This document shows, in pieces, positions 49,545-53,566 of a stretch of DNA of 53,566 bases; position 1 is the first letter of the stretch, and each line of letters opens with the position of its first letter. The notes under the pieces are model-generated. The model was not told where the DNA came from and ran no database searches. It worked only from the letters and a program-made list of their open reading frames with translations. The position numbers were made by a program, and so were the translations under genes. Source of the DNA: Minisyncoccota bacterium (GTDB taxonomy: Bacteria > Patescibacteriota > Minisyncoccia > UBA6257 > 2-01-FULL-56-20); the NCBI GenBank assembly GCA_035533375.1, contig DATLTV010000013.1, positions 1-53,566 of the forward strand, in the 5' to 3' direction.

Positions 49545-51200
49545 TTTCAGTACCCTCGCCGTATTCAGGTACCAGCCCGCGGTGCCGCCGAAGATGTCGG
49601 ATGGATCGGCAATCGTGCCGCCCTGCGCGCCGTGGAGATTTTTGTCGGCTATATAGAGATAGTCCGGCGAATAGAGGAAGATGGCGGGCGCGCTATTCAC
49701 GATCGTGTCCTGAAGCTTGATGAAATTCGCCGCGCGTTTTGCCGGATCGAGCTCCTGCCGGATGGAATTAATGAGCGAATCCGCCGTCGCACTGTTATAG
49801 ATCGCGAGATTGAGGCCCGGGTAGAAGCGCTGCGACGAGTTCCAGAAGGAATAGAGGTCGTCGCTCGGGCCGAGAATGTTGCCGAAGAGCAGCATTTCGT
49901 AGCTGCGATTTTTCACGGCGTTCGCGGCGAGCGCGTCCGCGGGCTCGACGTCCTGATCAATCTTGAATCCCGCGCTTTGCCAGGCGCTCTGCAGCAAGTT
50001 CGCGGTCGTTTCCAGGAAATCGATTTGCGGCACGGTGAGCGTGAGTTCGAGCGGCACTTCCTGTCCGCCGATCTTTTTTTCGCGGAAGCTTGACGAGGTC
50101 ATCACCCAGCCGGCGGCGTCGAGCGTGGCGCTCGCTTCACTCAGCGCATCCGCACCGCCGAGCGTGCTCGTGGGAACGAGATTGTGATCGAAATTCGGCG
50201 AGTTCTCGGGAATGGGGCCGATTGCGGGTGAGCCATGGCCGCCGAGCGCGGCATTCACGAGCGCATTGCGGTCGGTAAGGAGATTAAGCGCATTCCGCAC
50301 CGCGGCGTCTTGGAGCGGCAAGCTTTGGCTCTGGTTTAAAAATACCCCATAGTAACTCGGCAATTTAAAGGGGATGAGTTCGTAGGGACGTTTCACGCTT
50401 GCAAGGTTCGCGGAGTCCAGGCTCGCAAGGCCGTCGATCGCGCCCGAGTTGAAATGCGATATGAGGTCGTCCGTCTGCGCGAAAAAGCGGAAATCGAAGT
50501 TCTGGATAAGGGCGGCGGTCCCCGGAAAACTTTTCCATGCGGCAAGTTTGTAATCCGTGATGAATCCGTCCGGGCGCTTGTCGTAGTTCACGAATTGATA
50601 CGGGCCCGAACCAACGGGTTTCAAATTATAATCGGACAGCTTCCAATTCGCGGGCGGGGTGTCGACGAAAAGATGTTTCGGAATCGGATAAAGGGCATTC
50701 ACCGTATCGCCGAAAAAGGCGTACGGGTTAATCAGGCTGAATTGGAGTTCGAGCTCGGAGACGCGCGACGCCGAAACGCCCTGCCAGGAGGCCGCGAGCG
50801 GGGACTGGGTGGCCGGGTCCTGGATTTCCTGCACGGTGAAGATCACGTCGTCCGAGGTGAGCTGTTGCCCGTCCTGCCACTTGAGATTCTCCTTGAGCCG
50901 CACGTCCCAGGTCCTGCCGTCCTGCGACATCGTGATGCTTTGCGCGAGTTCGCCAAGATTCGCGAAAACGAGTTTGAAGAGGCTTTTATCGGTCTGGCTC
51001 GAGGCGATCACGGGGTTTACGTAGATCGGCTGGCCCACCGCGCCTTCGGCATAATCGCCGCCCGCCGCCGGCACGTCGCGCGTTGCGGCCGTAAGTCCCG
51101 CGCCCACGAGCGAGGCGCCGCTCACGATCGCCGCGCCCAGGGCGATGAAGAAAACGATCCGTTCGCGTCGAGTAAAAGAGAGGAAGATCTTTTTGAACAT
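49542..51200 (-). CDS. ABC transporter substrate-binding protein, family 5 (peptide/nickel type), N-terminally anchored
   Basis: 552 aa. It has the typical SBP_bac_5 pattern (DGRTWDVRLKENLKWQDGQQLTSDDVIFT...). No permease or ATPase genes are adjacent. Confidence 0.8.
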   Translation of the reverse strand: MFKKIFLSFTRRERIVFFIALGAAIVSGASLVGAGLTAATRDVPAAGGDYAEGAVGQPIYVNPVIASSQTDKSLFKLVFANLGELAQSITMSQDGRTWDVRLKENLKWQDGQQLTSDDVIFTVQEIQDPATQSPLAASWQGVSASRVSELELQFSLINPYAFFGDTVNALYPIPKHLFVDTPPANWKLSDYNLKPVGSGPYQFVNYDKRPDGFITDYKLAAWKSFPGTAALIQNFDFRFFAQTDDLISHFNSGAIDGLASLDSANLASVKRPYELIPFKLPSYYGVFLNQSQSLPLQDAAVRNALNLLTDRNALVNAALGGHGSPAIGPIPENSPNFDHNLVPTSTLGGADALSEASATLDAAGWVMTSSSFREKKIGGQEVPLELTLTVPQIDFLETTANLLQSAWQSAGFKIDQDVEPADALAANAVKNRSYEMLLFGNILGPSDDLYSFWNSSQRFYPGLNLAIYNSATADSLINSIRQELDPAKRAANFIKLQDTIVNSAPAIFLYSPDYLYIADKNLHGAQGGTIADPSDIFGGTAGWYLNTARVLK

Positions 51201-51348
51201 AGCCTTTTAGCTCGTTAGCTCGTTAGCGCTCGAAATCGTTCCAACAGATTTCTCGCGTTTAGCTCATTAATCGTTCAATAGTTTCTACTAACGAGCTAAA
51301 CGGCGAAATCGTTTCGTGGTTGATTTCGCCGCTATCGAGCTAACAAGC
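51201..51348. repeat. intergenic spacer built of AGCTCGTT / TAACGAGC octamers and GAAATC...GATTTC hairpins
   Basis: AGCTCGTT x2 (51209-51224), the hairpin GGCGAAATC-11 nt-GATTTCGCC, then TATCGAGC and TAACAAGC. Confidence 0.8.
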
Positions 51349-51567
51349 TTATTTCCCGTACACCAATTGATACACCGCAAGTCCCACAAACGCGACAGCG
51401 AGGACGATCGTTGAAATAAAAATAAATTTTTCGAGGCCGCGCCGCGTCTGGTAATAACCGCCGCCTTCGCCGCCGAAAATGCCCGAAAGTCCCGCAGAGC
51501 GTTCCTGGAGGAGGATTAAAATGACAAGAAGGACGGCGATGATGATTTGGATGATAGCTAGGAACAT
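51349..51567 (-). CDS. secG: preprotein translocase subunit SecG
   Basis: 72 aa with two TM helices and the Gly-rich loop LLQERSAGLSGIFGGEGGG. Confidence 0.85.
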   Translation of the reverse strand: MFLAIIQIIIAVLLVILILLQERSAGLSGIFGGEGGGYYQTRRGLEKFIFISTIVLAVAFVGLAVYQLVYGK

Positions 51568-51686
51568 GTTAGCTCGTAAGCTCGTAAGCTCGTTAGCTCG
51601 TTAGTAATACATTTACTAAAGAGCCAGACGCGGGAAATCCGTTGTATGATTTCCTGCGCTAACGAGCTATCGGGCTTTATTATTTT
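51568..51686. repeat. octamer array (AGCTCGTA x2, AGCTCGTT x2) plus hairpin plus inverted TAACGAGC
   Basis: Four tandem octamers at 51571-51602, the hairpin GCGGGAAATC-8 nt-GATTTCCTGC, then GCTAACGAGCTATCGGGC. Confidence 0.8.
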
Positions 51687-52034
51687 CTATGGAATCAAAT
51701 GAATTAAGAAGTTCGCGACGCCTATGATGATCGTTCCCCAGATGAGCGCCGGAATGCTTCCAATCGTAAGCTGTGCGGAGAATTTGTCAAGAATAGCGAG
51801 GATCAGGGCGTTTACGAGAATGAGCCCGATGCCGAGCGTGAGGATGATGATGGGGCCGAGGAGGAGTTTGAGGATCGGTCCGAGGATGAAATTCATCACG
51901 GCGAGCGCGAGCGCGAGGAGAAAGAGCGCCTGCCACCCGCCCGCAAGGCCGAACAGGGGAATATAGGTTGACGCGAACCAAAGTCCGAGCGCGTTCGCGA
52001 GTACGTGGCCGATGAGTTTTGCGAGGAGCTTCAT
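51687..52034 (-). CDS. phage-holin-family-4 / DUF360-like membrane protein
   Basis: 115 aa with four hydrophobic helices. GPILKLLLGPIIILTLGIGLILVNALIL is typical of the family. Confidence 0.7.
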   Translation of the reverse strand: MKLLAKLIGHVLANALGLWFASTYIPLFGLAGGWQALFLLALALAVMNFILGPILKLLLGPIIILTLGIGLILVNALILAILDKFSAQLTIGSIPALIWGTIIIGVANFLIHLIP

Positions 52035-52158
52035 GGTTTTATTCTAGCTCGTTAGCGCGTCCCAGCAAGTCGATGGCTGGGACGCACCTGGCTCTTTGGC
52101 TTTTTAGCCAAAGAGCATTGTATCTACTAAAGAGCCAACGAGCCAACGAGCTAACGAG
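52035..52158. repeat. octamer / double-hairpin spacer
   Basis: AGCTCGTT (52046-52053), hairpins GCGTCCCAGC/GCTGGGACGC and GCTCTTTGGCT-TTTT-AGCCAAAGAGC, then CAACGAGC x2 plus TAACGAGC (52136-52159). Confidence 0.8.
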
Positions 52159-53566
52159 CTATACCAGCGACTCGAGCAGGCTCCGCCCCGTCATCTCGGG
52201 CGGTTTTTTGATGCCGATGATCTGCAAAATAGTGGGCGCGACATCCGCGAGCGATCCGAGCGTTTCGAGCCCGGGATCGTTCCAGTTCGTGAATTTTCTT
52301 CCGCGGAATTCGGGGCCGACGAGATAGAACGGCACGGGGCTTGCGTCGTGCTGGCTTTCGGGGAGGCCGGTCGCCGGATTCAGCATTTCTTCGACGTTTC
52401 CGTGGTCCGAGGTGATCACGAGAAGCGTCTCGGGATTGATCGCCACCTTGAGAAGCCGCCCGATCTCCTCGTCGATCACGCGCACGGCCTGCATGCCCGC
52501 ATCGTAATCCGCGGTGTGCGCGATCGCGTCGCCGTTCGCGTAATTCACGAGGATGAAGTCGAACGCGTTCGTCTGCACCGCTTCGATGAGCCGGTCCGTG
52601 ATCGCTTTCGCCATCATCTCGGGGTGTTCTTCGGGGTGCGGCGTCTGGAGCGACGGGATGAGCGCGCGGAATTCGTTTTTGAACGGCGGCTCGCGGAGGC
52701 CGTTGAAGAAATAGGTGACGTGCGCGTATTTGTAAGTTTCGGCGAGGCGCAATTGGTTTTTCCCCGCATCGGAGAGCACTTCGCCGAGCGGCTTTTCCGC
52801 TTTGTCCATCGCGAAGGCGACCGGCACGTCGAAATCGTCGCGGTAGTGGGTCATCGTCGCAATGTGGAGATCCTTGAATTGCTGCACCGGGAATTTATCG
52901 AAGCCGGGAATAATAAACGACTCGGCGAGCTGGCGGATCGAATCTTCGCGGTAGTTGAAGAAGATGATCGCGTCGCCGTCCTTCACGCACGTGTCTTCGC
53001 CGAAGCGCATCGCCGGCAGGTATTCCTCGGTGAGGCCTTTTTTGAAGATCGCTTCGATGACCGGCGCGGGATCCGCGACGAGCTCCCCGGCCGTATTCGT
53101 CGTGAGGTTATCGTATGCCGTTTGCGTGAGCCGCCAGGCGCCGTTCCGATCCATGGCGTAATAGCGGCCGATGAGCGTCGCTATTTTATCCTTCGGCAGT
53201 TCCGCAAGGAATTTTTGCACGGTGTGCGGCGGGCTGTCCTTGCCGTCGGCGAAAAGATGCAGCCGCACGTTCGCCACTTTTTCCATCTCGGCCATTTTGA
53301 GCAGGGCCTGGATGTGCTCGAGTGAAGCGTGGACGTTGCCTTTCGAAAGCAGTCCCATGAGATTCACTGCGGAATTATTTTGCCGCGCATGCGCGAAAGC
53401 GTCCTTGAGTGCTTTGTTCGCGAAGAACGTTTCGTCCCGGATCGCCATCGTGATCTTCGGATAGTACTGGTAGAGCACTTTGCCGGCGCCGAGCGTGAGG
53501 TGGCCGACTTCGCTGTTGCCGACCTCTCCCCACGGAAGCCCGACCGAAATCCCCGAGGCCTGGAGC
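52159..53566 (-). CDS. gpmI: 2,3-bisphosphoglycerate-independent phosphoglycerate mutase, N-terminus beyond window end
   Basis: The frame stays open to the window edge: LQASGISVGLPWGEVGNSEVGHLTLGAGKVLYQYY... (GNSEVGH motif). The C-terminal TSDHGN motif is present. Confidence 0.9.
   Translation of the reverse strand, partial: LQASGISVGLPWGEVGNSEVGHLTLGAGKVLYQYYPKITMAIRDETFFANKALKDAFAHARQNNSAVNLMGLLSKGNVHASLEHIQALLKMAEMEKVANVRLHLFADGKDSPPHTVQKFLAELPKDKIATLIGRYYAMDRNGAWRLTQTAYDNLTTNTAGELVADPAPVIEAIFKKGLTEEYLPAMRFGEDTCVKDGDAIIFFNYREDSIRQLAESFIIPGFDKFPVQQFKDLHIATMTHYRDDFDVPVAFAMDKAEKPLGEVLSDAGKNQLRLAETYKYAHVTYFFNGLREPPFKNEFRALIPSLQTPHPEEHPEMMAKAITDRLIEAVQTNAFDFILVNYANGDAIAHTADYDAGMQAVRVIDEEIGRLLKVAINPETLLVITSDHGNVEEMLNPATGLPESQHDASPVPFYLVGPEFRGRKFTNWNDPGLETLGSLADVAPTILQIIGIKKPPEMTGRSLLESLV

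Noticed and set aside
51201-52159. Octamer arrays as a possible CRISPR array
   Set aside because: Units are only 8 nt, directly tandem with no unique spacers. They are split by genes and occur as inverted arrays. No cas genes are present.

Overview
This 53.6-kb chromosomal window is densely coding. I count about 50 protein genes, most on the minus strand, plus one tRNA-Leu(CAG). I saw no rRNA, CRISPR array, transposase or integrase.

Gene content:
- Translation and RNA housekeeping: infC-rpmI-rplT, smpB, argS, ileS, trpS, rnj, secG, gpmI.
- DNA damage and repair: NUDIX, PolX-PHP, an ASCH-like protein, family-4 UDG, a LexA-like S24 repressor, DinB.
- Redox repair: msrB-msrA, a Trx-fold DipZ-like protein, ccdA, and a DsbA-like protein.
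- Envelope and transport: a 1030-aa Ig-repeat surface protein, two HlyD-type adaptors with an MFS pump, an ABC-2 exporter, and an orphan family-5 substrate-binding protein.
- Two unusual Clp-type AAA+ ATPases.
- A lower-GC islet of small ORFans at 18.9-22.3 kb.

The gene style (many ORFans, an orphan binding protein, a large surface protein, short operons) is compatible with an uncultivated reduced-genome bacterium such as CPR/Patescibacteria. That placement is inference only.

Most notable observations:
1. A complete histidine-phosphatase domain is inserted inside isoleucyl-tRNA synthetase.
2. The intergenic spacers carry several unrelated repeat families:
   - 38-nt CGATCG-centred palindromes;
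   - ATTCG-NN-CGAAT palindromes;
   - inverted arrays of the octamer AGCTCGTW;
   - GGATCC-type hairpins.
3. Heptamer x4 repeats sit in frame inside argS and ileS.
4. A 273-bp element with 24-bp terminal inverted repeats lies next to the giant surface-protein gene.
5. A membrane-anchored Clp ATPase has a degenerate first ATPase module.
6. An ORF6N gene is frameshifted.

All domain calls come from motif recognition by eye; no database search was run.
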